From positions 52,511,266 to 52,575,265 of the forward strand of contig NC_068990.1 of NCBI RefSeq assembly GCF_001194135.2: 64,000 bases of DNA. The letters are read 5' to 3'. The translations under genes and the position numbers were made by a program. Shown here one piece after another: positions 36,118 through 48,029 of the stretch (its first letter is position 1; every line of letters starts with the position of its first letter). This DNA comes from Octopus bimaculoides (Eukaryota). A model generated the notes under the pieces. That model saw only the letters and a list, made by a program, of their open reading frames with translations, was not told where the DNA came from and made no database searches.

Positions 36118-36336
36118 CCCTTTAATATTTAAACAGGCCATATTCAGCTAAAATATTCTACCTACTTTATCTTCAAACCAGCTAGATCTGGCCTCTCACA
36201 CCTACTCTACAATGTCATTTTAAAAATGAAGAACCACATCATCGAAATCTCAAAGCTATGAGATAGTGCATAGATATTCAAATCAATCCAAATAAATAAG
36301 CATTACATCTGACAAAGTAATTAGAATGCTAAAGGG
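36118..36336. mobile_element. piggyBac-type MITE (219 bp), TTAA TSD
   Basis: TTAA|CCCTTTAATATTT...GAATGCTAAAGGG|TTAA. Confidence 0.8.
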
Positions 36337-36509
36337 TTAAAACATTTTCAGAATTAAATATTTGAATAAATTAAAATGATACATCTTTAATATACTGTGT
36401 GATATAAAAATGACATGAAAAAATATTCTTTCTTCATATAAATGTGTGTGTATGCAAGGTGTATATAATTGTTTCCAAATCTCTTTTACATACTGGAAGT
36501 GATTAGTTT

Positions 36510-36790
36510 CATTATTACTGTTCAATGTTTGTCTTCCATGCAGGAATGGGTTGGATGGTTTAACAGGATCCAACAAGCCAAATGACTATATCAAACTTCA
36601 GTGTCTGCTTTGGCAGGATTTCTACAGCTGGATGCCATTTCTAACACCAAACAAACAATGTACAGAGTCTACTGGGTCCTTTTTGCAAAGGACTGGCACA
36701 AATAAAAGTCACCAGGTTGCTTGCAAGACACAGAAAGAGAAAAAGAAACCTTTTAGGGGGAGATGGTTTTATGCCAGGTGTTGAGAGTCT
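36510..36790 (-). mobile_element. RTE-type 3' tail fragment
   Basis: CTTCCATGCAGGAATGGGTTGGATGG...CTACAGCTGGATGCCATTTCTAACACCAA matches the other tails in reverse. Confidence 0.75.
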
Positions 36791-36903
36791 AAAGCAGGCA
36801 TAGGTAACCTTTTTCAAAGCAGGCATAGGTAACCTTTTTCAAAGCAGGCATAGGTAACCTTTTTATGCCAGGTGTTGAGAGTCTAAAGCAGGCATAGGTA
36901 ACC
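36767..36903. repeat. Nested short tandem repeat (3 x 25 bp inside a 2 x ~42-bp direct repeat)
   Basis: AAAGCAGGCATAGGTAACCTTTTTC x3, bracketed by TTTATGCCAGGTGTTGAGAGTCTAAAGCAGGCATAGGTAACC x2. Confidence 0.9.
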
Positions 36904-37149
36904 ACAAGGGTCATAGCTCATCTTGCTAAAAAAATTCTAGGTAATTTTTCATTAGGCATATCATTCAGAAAGTCCTATGGGCTGCAACCTACGGTTTGTC
37001 CATGACTGGTCTAAAGTATGACAGAGGGTCAGGTATAGGTATCTTGCTATGGTTGGATGACGGCAGGGGGAATTAATGTTTCTCACTTTCAGCAAAACAT
37101 AAAATGGATGATGATGACATCATTTCCAATATACATTGAAATATTGTTA

Positions 37150-37720
37150 AATAAATGACACCTATCTTGTTCAGTCACTATGTCCATTTACTATGTCAAC
37201 GATCTTAGATTGGATGGATGAAGTTAATAATTGATAAGGGTAGAGAGGTGAGCTATGATACATGAATTCAAGGAAAAGTATGGGAGAATAAATAGTATAG
37301 AAAGTGGTGAAAAGCTGCAGAACAGTAATAAAGATGCAAAAGAGGAGAAGGATGAGAAAATGAGAAAAGATGTATGAATAAATAAGTTGCATGAGTGTGA
37401 GGGGAGAGACAGTCATAGTGCATAGGGACAGTGAGAAATGTATGGTGGTGGAGGAGAAATAATTTGGTGACATAGAAGGATGGTCAATGTGAAATATGAG
37501 TGGAGAGGGAAAATGTAAGGAATGAAAAATGGATGTCAAATGAAATGGTTCAAAGTCGTGAGGAAGATAACTGATATCACAGGAAAAGATGATGAAATAT
37601 GCAGTCCTGTCCTCAATTACAGCAGCAGAATATTGCAGTTAGGCAAGGTCAGTGATAGAGATAATGGGTAGTGAGGAAAGCTTCATGAGAAAATTGGACA
37701 AGGAGCCCAGTTATGCAAAT
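37150..37720 (-). mobile_element. Possible very degenerate Penelope-like RT fragment
   Basis: Minus-strand translation IFHSLHFPSPLIFHIDHPSM resembles the F..F.FP...IFTMD..SLY motif-A region of PLEs; heavily decayed. Confidence 0.35.
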
Positions 37721-38059
37721 ACACACACACACACACACACATTGTGCTTCTAGATCTTCATTTTTAGTAAGATAGGTGAGTATTCTCAAATACCACATAT
37801 CACCAGTCATCCCAGTCCTTTTGTCATCACCTCTCCTCTATGAAGTTCAAAACTTCATCATCTGACTTTCTTTATACAGCTGTCTTCATCCATACACACC
37901 ATATGTTTTCACAATCTGCTTTTCATTCTGAAAATAAAACCTTTTGTTACCAACAGAGATAATAGCTCTTTCTCCAGCCTGTTCTTATTCTAACAACTGT
38001 ACTTTCAACACATACCCATTCACTATTAATTAAGTCTCTAGCTAACAGAAACTATTTAC

Positions 38060-39900
38060 TACTTGTTGGGAACCTACAAGACTTTGAGAGCATTTGACAA
38101 AGTTTATTTGCCATGTGTTCTTAGTGCTTATTGCTTCTGAGCATCTGCCACATACAAAGGGTAATCTCTGTTCATCTTCCACTGTATCTCTTGTAAGTTC
38201 ATAGTTTGCATTGGGTACACCATATGGAACTCATAACAGCTCCTTTTCTATATGCTGAATGAGACCATTTCCCTGATGGAGACAGAGTCCTGTTTCTTTT
38301 CCTACTCACTAAAACTTGTGGTTGGTATAGCCTACAGTTCCAAAGTTGGGCGGTAGACCTCCCAGGATCTCCTATATCGACATCACTGTATATCTTTCGT
38401 GCCTTTTCTCTAGGGAGTAGAGCTTCAATTCCTTTAACCTCTCCCAGTAGCTCATCTGTTTCACCAAGTCAGTCTTGTTTGTGTAGTGGTGCTGGGTTAC
38501 CTCAAGTTCTGCCACCAGTTTGATGCTCTGCAGTGACCACAGTTGAGAGCAGTAATCCAGACAACTGAAAACAAAAATTCTCCATAGAAGTAGCAAGGTA
38601 TTGTTTTTCGTGGTTCTGAATGATCTCAGAATCCATCCAATTACTCACTTGCACAGTGTTGCCATCTTGGTAATATGCACATGGAATGTTGCATCATTAC
38701 TCGTATGGATTCCTAGGTCATGCACCAACTGATTCTGGGACTGCACTACTCCCTGGTCCTGTGCATTCTGTTGTATTCTCTTTGTGGGCCAATAGTGGAG
38801 TGCTTGAAACTTCTCAGAATTAAACTGTATGTTATTTTCACCAGCCCATTTGTATATTGCATACAAATCATTTTGCAGTTTAGTACGTTATCAGAGTCCT
38901 TGACTACCTGTGATACTTTTGTATCACATGTGGTGGCTCCCTCAAACATGAATGCCTGAGGTCATGTCTAAGAGAGCCACCACAAACAGTAACGGTCCCA
39001 CTACAGTTCTTAGAGGGATTCTGCAGTGAATTAATACCTCTCCCAGAGACAGTTCACTGACAGTGCCATTGATTGCAAGTATCTGACTTCTGCCTTTTAA
39101 AAAGTCATGCAGCCACTCTTCCAGTGAAAGTCACACAGCTTGTGACATATCACCTTATGATCAACTTTGTCAAAGACTTTGGCAAAGTTGAGATATATCA
39201 TCTCCACATTTGAGTAGTTGAACTGTTGTTTCAGTACCCAGTCATAATGCTGTAGTAGCTGTGTGAAGCAGCTTCTTCCTGTTGTATATTTGTGAGCAAG
39301 TTATTCCCTTCCTGGAACGTGATCAGTCTCCTTCTGACAATGCATTTCATGACCCTGCTAACATGTGATGTCAGAGAGATAGGCCTGCAATTTTTAGTAC
39401 CTGCTCTGCTTCCTTCTTTATGGACAGGGTATATAATACCCTCTTTTAACAATTTGGTCAATTTAGCACATGCAAAGAAACTCTGTAAAAGTATATGAAG
39501 TAGTGAGTGCTTTCTTGCAGGTCTTTAAAAGAACATGCCGGAAATCCATCTGGGCCCATTGCTAAGTCCCAGTTCATCTCATCAACAGCCAATATTACAT
39601 CTTCCTCTTTTATGTCGATGTAATTGATGGTTGCCTCTTTCCCACATAGATCTGCAGTGTTGAAAAGCTTATGAGGCTTGCTTATTTGCATGTTTCCCCT
39701 AGAGAGATGAAGACACTTTTAAATTGTTCATTTAACACTTTACTTATCTTCCTAGGGTCTGCAATTAGTGAGCCATCTCCTTCAAACAGTGACACTATCT
39801 TGTAGTACACTGAGACAGATTCTTTTGCAAACTTGTAGAAGGCTTTAAGATTCATTTTTATATTTTTCACCATCTTGGTTTCTTTCTACCCTTACCTTTT
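38060..39900 (-). mobile_element. CR1-like LINE, RT region to 3' end, decayed
   Basis: NLKAFYKF, LNEQFKSVF, AMGPDGFP, CRPISLTSHVSRVM, manual FAKVFDKVDH and GTVTVCGGS/PLGTVTGP-like PQG region, DTKVSQ, LDYCSQLWS, LKELKLYSLEKR. Confidence 0.85.
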
Positions 39901-40164
39901 ATGGAAGAGTCTAAGTTTATCTCTAAAAGTGCCTCTTTGAGGAGGGATTTCTTGCTGTCATTAAGTCATCTTTTTAAGCAATTAGAGATCTTTATTCTCT
40001 ATCTCAAACGGACGCTCCTGTCTCGAGGAATGATATTTTTGTATGCAGTTGCTCTCTTTTACAGGACAAATGTATATGGCTTGCATTAATGACAATTTTT
40101 AAAGTTTCATATAAATGTCTTGCATAGAGAAACTTGTAAGCAAATTTTGCTGGAGTATCATCAT

Positions 40165-40520
40165 CATCATCCTCATTTAACATCCACCTTCTATGCTGGC
40201 ATGGGTTAGACACTTTGACAGGAGCTGGCCAGGCAGGAGACTGCATTACAACAGATGCCTGATGCAGTTTTTTCAACTGGATGCCCTTCCTAATACCAAC
40301 TACTCCACATAGTGGACTCAGTGCTTTTTACGTGGCACCAGCACAGGGGAGATCAGTTTTGGCATGATTTTTACAGCTGGATGCCCTTCCAAATGCCAAC
40401 CAGTTTACGGTGTGGACTGGATGCTGTTTACGTGGTACCAGCACAGGCAGGATCACCAAATAACTTGAAAGATAAAGATCCTGAGAGGGGAGAGGTCATT
40501 AGAGATGATTTTGTATGTTT
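40165..40520 (-). mobile_element. RTE-type 3' tail, doubled motif
   Basis: CATCATCATC...TTTAACATCCACCTTCTATGCTGGCATGGGTT; two CTGGATGCCCTTCC motifs. Confidence 0.8.
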
Positions 40521-40614
40521 TTCAATTGACTTCCAATCAGCCTATGTGCAAGTGTGTGTAAAATATATATATACACACACACACACAAAATTATATGTAT
40601 ACATATATCTATAT

Positions 40615-40762
40615 AAAATCTATCAGCTACCAATTTCCCTCACAAGGCCTTGACCTGAAGCTATAGTAGAAGACATTTTGCTCAAGGTTCCATGCAGTGG
40701 GACTGAACCCATAACCACATGGTTAGGGAAGCAAGCTTCTTAACTACACAGTAATGCCTGCA
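40615..40762 (-). mobile_element. SINE family 1 head fragment
   Basis: Reverse complement of the tRNA-like head and core (GGTTCAGTCCCACTGCATGG). Confidence 0.75.
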
Positions 40763-40817
40763 CCTTATATGTGTGTGTGCGTGTGCATACATACACCAAC
40801 AGAGAGAGAGAGAAAAA

Positions 40818-40820
<3 letters not shown>

Positions 40821-40915
<95 letters not shown>
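40821..40915. repeat. (TA)n(CA)n microsatellite
   Basis: Directly visible. Confidence 0.95.
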
Positions 40916-41295
40916 TATATAGTAATATAACAGAGACAATTATGTTGTATGTTTGTGATATATTTCTTGATATTCGTGTGTTCCTGTCTGTCTGTGTATC
41001 TATATATACGCGCGCGTGCATACATATCGTGTTGTATATGTTATACAGTAATTTATACAAATATGTGCGTATAAATTTTAGTGGTGTATACATGTGCATG
41101 CGTATGTATTGTATGCTAATATATACAAGCCCTATATTGTAGTAGAATATATACCTATGTATAATGCAAGAGAAACGTATGTTATATATAATATCGAGAG
41201 AACATAGATAGATAGATAGAATCATATTGGAACACTGATATGTATATAAGTCCATGTAGGTGCGTGTGCCTACAGGCATACACATTGTTTCTTAC

Positions 41296-41496
41296 CTTAT
41301 CCGAGTTCAAATCCGGCTCGTCCTGTATTAACCGGTACAAGAATGACTTCTGATCGCGACATAATGTCGTTCGAGTGGTCATAAATATTGTTCCACCAAC
41401 ATTTAATTTCACCCACTCGTTCTTGCGACATCGAGCGGGTTGTTGTTTGCTTGTATTACTGGAGCAGTCTTTCGCAACTGATTCGTTCGTCGCCAT
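41296..41496 (-). CDS. KCTD5: First coding exon (67 codons) of a BTB/POZ KCTD2/5/17-family protein (insomniac-like)
   Basis: GAAGATGG start context at 41496; MATNES...[41 protein letters not shown] closely resembles the KCTD5/2/17 BTB N-terminus (WVRLNVGGT.F.TTRQTLCRDPKSFLYRL...PDLDSDK); phase-0 donor AAG|GTAAGA at 41295. The symbol is family-level; the paralogue cannot be assigned from one exon. Confidence 0.9.
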
Positions 41497-43379
41497 CTTC
41501 CTGGCTGCTCTCCCTTGGCTCACTTTAATTACTTCACTTTATTATTATTATTATCGATAATAATATCACTACAACTATTATTATTATCATTAATAATATC
41601 TCTACGGCCGACACTAGTTACTGCTGCTGCAATTATTATTATTAATATTTTTGTTGTAGCTGTTGTAGTTTTCGATGTCGTTATTGTAGTTGTTCTTATA
41701 TGTGTTACTATTGCTATTCATCACGGCTCTTTTCTCCACATCTCACTTCCTCTCTTTTTAACTTTCACCGACAAACCAAATAAACTCATCCACTTCATGT
41801 CTTTCATCACAACCAAATATTACAATTCCTCGCCACCTCAAACTATTTTTATTAATGATTCTTGACACACATCACACCCGGGCCCACAGACTTTACATCA
41901 TCCACTTTTGCCTACCTCACCGTTCCGAGTTCAATTTCAATCTCCGATCTACAACGCTTCGGCCTTGTTTCTGAAATTCATTGAATTACTCCAGTAATTA
42001 ATCAATCAGCATTGCCCTCTTCCCATTTCAAAAATTTTGTTTTGTCTAATTAAAATAAATCATTATTTCATGTTACTAATAAACATGAAAATATATTCCC
42101 CGAGATAAATACTAATTATATGACTTTATATCTTGTTAAATTAAATGAAAATGTTATTTCTAAGGGTATAAAATTAATCAGCGAAATATGAAATTATTTA
42201 CTTTTGATTAGATACTTTTATTTTTTCAATTAAAATTCTTCCAGAACCTGAAATATTAATAACTTCCCACTTTAATTCTGAATGCGTCTGGAATTTGTTT
42301 CTTCTCCTCAGATCTTATTCGTTTATTTCCATTTAAGTCTATTTGTAAATACGTATGTCTTATAATACTCTTCATTGCCCTCTCTACAATTATTCTTCAG
42401 CATAATTATTATTTTTCCTTTAATATTCTTCGCGAGAAAAAAAAAATGGGAATATTAATTCAAAGAACCATTCTGTTTCTGCGATGTATATCAGGATGCT
42501 TACTGTTCATAACAGAAATTAAGGGAGTTGTAATTTAATTTTTTCTAAATATAACAGAATCTCAATATCTTTCCCCAGAGCAGAAAAAAAAAATATTCTC
42601 CTCAGACAAAAAAAAAAAATTAATTTTTTAGAAGAGAATAAAAATGGCAAAAACAAAATAAGTCAAAAAGACGTTGATGTAGTAAGGGAGATAATCCAGT
42701 GGGGGTTAGGTTCACTGTGCGCTTCCTTTGCTGCTTTATGTAATGTGTGTCTCTATACACGCGTGTGTGTGTCTGGTGGGTGTATATGTATAAATATATT
42801 CGCTTATATGGCTTACATACACAAGTTAAAAATTATACACTTCCTCTACTCTTATTACACAAATAATGTCAAGATACTGCCTTCATAAATGATGATGCAA
42901 CACACAGAAGCACATTCAAACGTGTGTGTAAGCTTATATCAAATTAATATATTCAAAATTATAAACAGTATGATATACAATTATAATAAATTTAATTTCA
43001 AATTAATCAATTGACATTTAATTTGTCTGTTTATGGGGATATATTGGATGTGTATATTCTTATGGAATGATTCTACATTTCATTGAGAATGTGACAAGAA
43101 TCTTACATTGAAAGATTTGAAAAATACAAATATTTTTATTTAAAAAGGGGGCGGGGAATTTAATCTGGCTGCTGGGAGGGGATATTATTTTAAAGATATA
43201 TTTCGATTTCAAATTATTGTTGTGAATTTATTTTAAAGGAGATATATTTTTCCTTTTTACTTAATTAGTATTAATCCATTATCATCTACATAAGTGAATA
43301 AATCTTATGTTTTTTAAGAACTAGAAGATAGCAACAATTTATATTTAATTTTTATAATTTGGAGGCAAGCATACTTAAT

Positions 43380-43995
43380 TAAATCAAGCCCAAGTACTTA
43401 ACAGAAACTGTATTTCATCAGCACTGAAAGAGCAAAAGGTAATATTAACCTTTGCAGAATTTCAGCCCAGAACATAAAGGGCATACTTAAATACCACAAG
43501 GCATTTTCTATGAAGTTCTACCACCCTTCTTCATTTTAATTATAAATAAAACAACACTAACAATGATTTCCAATTTTGGCACAAGGACAACAGTTTTAGA
43601 GGAGTGGGGTTAAGTCAATTACATCGATCCAAGTGTTCAACTAATACATATTTCATTCATTTGAGAAGGCCGAAAGGCAAAGTTGACCTTAGCAGAATTT
43701 GAACTCAGAGTATAGAGAGTCAGAAGAAATGCTGCAAAGCATTTTGTCCAGCATGCTAATGATTCTGCCAGCTTGCCACCTTAATGATAACACCACAAAT
43801 AATCCTTGCTTATTTTGGTACAAGGCCAACAATTTTAAGAGGTGAGGAAGTTGATTACATCAATCCCAGTACTTTTATTAATCCTGAAAGGATGAAAGGC
43901 AAAGTCAACTTCAACAGAATTTGAACTCAGAATGTAAAGACAAATGAAATGCTGCTAGACATTTCATCTAGGATGTACCATCTCACCACTTTAAT
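43380..43995 (-). mobile_element. Cluster of three SINE family 3 copies (about 43380-43500, 43565-43785, 43800-43995)
   Basis: Repeated AAGGCAAAGTTGACCTT.GCAGAATTTGAACTCAGA...GATTCTGCC, reverse-matching 23940-24161. Confidence 0.8.
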
Positions 43996-44012
43996 AATAA
44001 TAATAATAATAA

Positions 44013-45704
44013 CTAGCAGAAATACCCATCGTTGACTTGCATTAGAAAGAACCTTCAAAACTTATACCCTGATTTATGAAAGTCACTGCTTTGATATTAT
44101 TGAATGTTTTGTAGTGGAATATCCACAAGCTCTTATTGCCAGGCTTCGGCCCAAAAAGTTATGATATAGTCTAATATACCATTGAACGCAATACATATTT
44201 ATCCTGATAAAAATATTGTTCCCAATCATGTAGATGATAAATCTCTATGCATTCTTATAACTCAAAAGAAAGGAATGCCAGTTTTTGTGTAAAAGAGGTT
44301 CTTCCATTAACCAGATATAATCATGGTTGCATACAAACTTCTTATTGTTTATCGCAATATTCTGATTTATAAATTGAAAAACCATCACATAGACTGTGGC
44401 TTTTGCATATAGAATGCAAGTAAATAAAAGCTTGAGGAAAATTATAAAGACATGCCTCTTACAATGTTTATTCAAGAATCACAACAAACACTACCAATTA
44501 AATATATATTAACATAGTAATGTAACATCTTCATTATAACTATTTATGATGCTTAACAAATCAAGTATGATGCTGGCAAACTTTATACCCAGGACATGGT
44601 TGCATAAAGACATAAATAGGTTTTTAAAAATAAAGAAAGTAAAGCAATTAGAAATGAAAAATGAGAAATAATTAAAACTCTGAAACATGATGATATATGA
44701 AGAATTCCAAGAAAAAAAAATTATATTGGTTATAATAGATCTCCAATATGATAATGGAATGATTTTACTAATGGGTTACTCATAACCTTAAAGATTATAC
44801 AAAAAAATTGAACAATGTACAATCGCTCAGAAAAAAAACTTCCTTATAGACAATATTTTGAATTTTACCATTAGGGGCGAATGTGAAAAGGTTTTTCTTA
44901 CTCCCTACTCTAAAAGCACCGACATATAGCTGTGCATGTAAAAAACAATCCTCTTCTAAATGCAAATCAGCAACTTGTAGTGTCTGACCTTGTGACTTAT
45001 TGATAGACATTGCAAAAGTCAAACGTATAGGAAACTAAAGTCATTTGAACTCAAAGGGCATGTTGGAAGGTATTAAAGGAATTCGAGGGATAAAAACATC
45101 TTCGCCTTTTCCACAGTCAGAAATTATTGTGGCCTCTATAACATTAATTTCTTAACAATGAGTCTTATGCCATTGCATAACTTTGGTTGTGAGAGGAAGC
45201 ATGACTGGAGCACATACTTTCAATCAAAGACAATGAGGAGGAGCCCCTGTTGCTTGAGGGAATTCAAAAATTCTTCTGGATAATTGACTAATTCTGATTC
45301 ATCTACAACAGAGTCTATGGATTTATAATTATGCTCAATTCCTGGCAACATTTTCACAAGTCTATCATTCAAACTATTCACTGCAATATTTTTTGGTGCC
45401 ATAATTGCCCTTTCACACAATCAAGCAATATTTTTTAAATTTGAAATTCATCTGGGAAAAACCTTTTCAATTAGTTATCCAAGTCTTCATGAGGCTTTCG
45501 TAAATGTCTACATTTTAGGTTAAAATATTGTTTTTATTAGGCGCAGGAGTGGCTGTGTGGTAAGTAGCTTGCTCACCAACCACATGGTTCTGGGTTCATT
45601 CCGACTGCGTGGCACCTTGGGCAAGTGTCTTCTACTATAGCCTCGGGCCGACCAAAGCCTTGTGAGTGGATTTGGTAGACGGAAACTGAAAGAAGCCCGT
45701 CGTA

Positions 45705-45783
<79 letters not shown>

Positions 45784-47866
45784 ATGTATATGTTTGTATG
45801 TCTGTGTTTGTCCCCACAACATCGCTTGACAACCGATGCTGGTGTGTTTATGTCCCCGTAACTTAGCGGTTCGACAAAAGAGACCAATAGAATAAGTACT
45901 AGGCATCCAAAGAATAAGTCCTGGGGTCGATTTGCTCGACTAAAGGCAGTGCTCCAGCATGGCCACAGTCAAATGACTGAAACAAGTAAAAGAGTAAAGA
46001 GTAACCAAGTTAACCAAGGTGGATATTTCTGATAAATTCAATTCACTTTCTTCATTCATATTCAATCTCCCTTCTCCAAGTTGTAATAGGGTATTAGCAT
46101 ATTGTCCAGACAGAAGATCCCCATGTAAATGTGCCCACATCTTTGTAGAAAGTTTTAAACATTGGGCATGTTTCCACAATACAGAGGATTTCAGGCATGC
46201 TTTCAATTCATCTGCCTTAGTTCCACAGGGAATAACTGGCAAAGTTTGCCCAAAATCACCTGAAAGCAGTACAGTCATACCTCCCATCAAACAGTTTGAA
46301 TTATGCAAATCCTACAGCGTTCTATTAACAGCTTCTAGAGCTTTTTTATGACACATTGTAACCTCATCCAACTTGATCAAAGAACATTTTTGTAGAACTT
46401 CAGCAATACCAGAATGCTTACTTATATTGCAAACAGATTTATCAGTTGTACTCAAATTCAATGGAAGCTTGAATGATGTGTAAGCTGTTCGGCATCCAGA
46501 GAGTGAAGTTGCAGCAATTCCAAAACTTGCCACAGCTAAGACTATCTCCTTTCTCTGCCTAACGTTGGCCAGCAATAAATTTGTGACAAAAGTTTTCCCA
46601 GTTCCTCATGGGGCATCTAAAAAATATGATCCTCCTTTCTTATTGGTCACTTGTTCAATGACTGTTGTATATGCAACTTGTTGGCCTGGCAAAAGTTTCA
46701 GCAAGTTTTCATTCATGAATCTGATCAGCAAATCAATATCATATTTGTAATTATTGGGAATCCTCATGCGGTAATGGCAACAATCTTCCAATTCTATGAT
46801 GAATTTGACCTTGAATTTTGAATGTAGGCATAAACCCTCTTTCGCTTACAATATTTGCACTAAAGGATGTCATCATGAATGCATTATTGTAATGTTGTAT
46901 ATTTTGCAAAAAGTGTTTTGATTCTGAATTTGAGCCCAATAGGAGATCTTTTAATAGTTGTGGTGGATCAGCAAGAATTGGTAATCGGATCTTTCCATTA
47001 CTACAACACATACCTGGCGGTTCATGGATCCATTTCTTGACATCGCAGTAATCACATAGTAATGACATGGATCCTATAGTAACAATACCTTGTGAATTAT
47101 ATGCATAATTAGGATTATAATTGAATGCAGCCATTTTCCAATTTTCAGTAGTAAAAGGAGGTAGTCTAAATTTTTGATGCCTTAGTCTGTCTGTTATCCT
47201 CTTAGTGTTGAGCTCGTCCTGAGTTACAAGTTGCCTGGTTGCTGCAATCCGTCAAGTATTCATTCTCTCTTTCAGACTGTCTTGCTGTTGCAGTTCATTG
47301 GGCATTTAATCTTCATCTGCTTTCTACTTGTTCTTGACTTTGTGAGGCTTGTCCAGCTGCATACCTTTCAGCACCTACTCTCAGTCTCTTGGTCCGCTGA
47401 TAGTCAGTCTCTTCAGCTCTTTCTCTTTTCCTATGCTGAGATTGCTTAGGTAGCCCAAATCTAATTTTTTTCGGAGGCATTGTAGTAGGGTGAATTGATC
47501 TATATTTTCAACATTCAGCAGGCCAAGCAGAGATGTGAAAGATATGGAAAAGATCTGATAGAATGACAGAATAGTTTTATGATTTAAATTTCATCAATAT
47601 TGGAGCTATTTGAATATCAGAGCTATTTGAATATTCTCAATATAGACTTTGCAACGTAATTTTATGCATTAGAAAAGGAATATTTTAACAAGCAAAATAT
47701 ACTTAGTTTACCATATCACTGTCAGTTCGAACACCTGTCTCATCAGTTGAGCATATACCAATACAACGATCGACAGTGAGTAGCTCTGTGTTTATCTAAA
47801 GAATATATAATTTTATAGAAAAGCTGTTTTTATCCATGTTTGACTTAATTTTGTCATGTTTCACCT
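44013..47866 (-). mobile_element. Helitron, internally deleted (N-terminus joined to helicase, Rep/HUH absent); 3' CTAG at 44013; 5' end runs into an N gap
   Basis: N-terminal CDYC...MCCSNGK...YNNAFMMTSF...FKIQGQIHHRIG (46751-47134); helicase [56 protein letters not shown]. Minus-strand 3' end GGGTATTTCTG-CTAG|T, same as the Helitron ending at 7598. Confidence 0.92.
45540..46004 (+). mobile_element. SINE family 1, full length, young-looking, inserted in the Helitron helicase
   Basis: GGCGCAGGAGTGGCTGTGTGGTAAG head, GGTTCATTCCG B-box-like, CCTTGGGCAAGTG core, (TA)n(TG)n, (GAGTAAA)n tail. Confidence 0.95.
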
Positions 47867-47884
47867 NNNNNNNNNNNNNNNNNN

Positions 47885-47913
<29 letters not shown>

Positions 47914-47917
<4 letters not shown>

Positions 47918-48010
47918 TTTTTGCTAGCATGTAGGTAAAACATGACAAAATTAAGTCAAACATAGATAAAAAACAGCTTTTCTATAAACTAAGTATATTT
48001 TGCTAAGTAT
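47914..48010 (+). mobile_element. Short Helitron 5'-terminus fragment, inverted relative to 44013-47866
   Basis: A|TC start after (TA)n, then AGGTAAAACATGACAAAATTAAGTCAAACATAGATAAAAAACAGCTTTTCTATAAA, the near-perfect reverse complement of ~47812-47866. Confidence 0.6.
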
Positions 48011-48029
48011 GTGCGCAGTGCTCACTTTG

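Noticed and set aside
36790-36903. Short direct repeats as a CRISPR array
   Set aside because: No unique spacers, eukaryotic context and no cas genes.
41182-41295. Extension of the KCTD ORF past NSDK (VRNNVYAC...)
   Set aside because: Homology stops exactly at a GTAAGA donor; the extension is intron read-through.
41301-41315. B-box-like GAGTTCAAATCC on the plus strand inside the KCTD exon
   Set aside because: Explained by the codons for PDLNS; there is no A box or other Pol III context.
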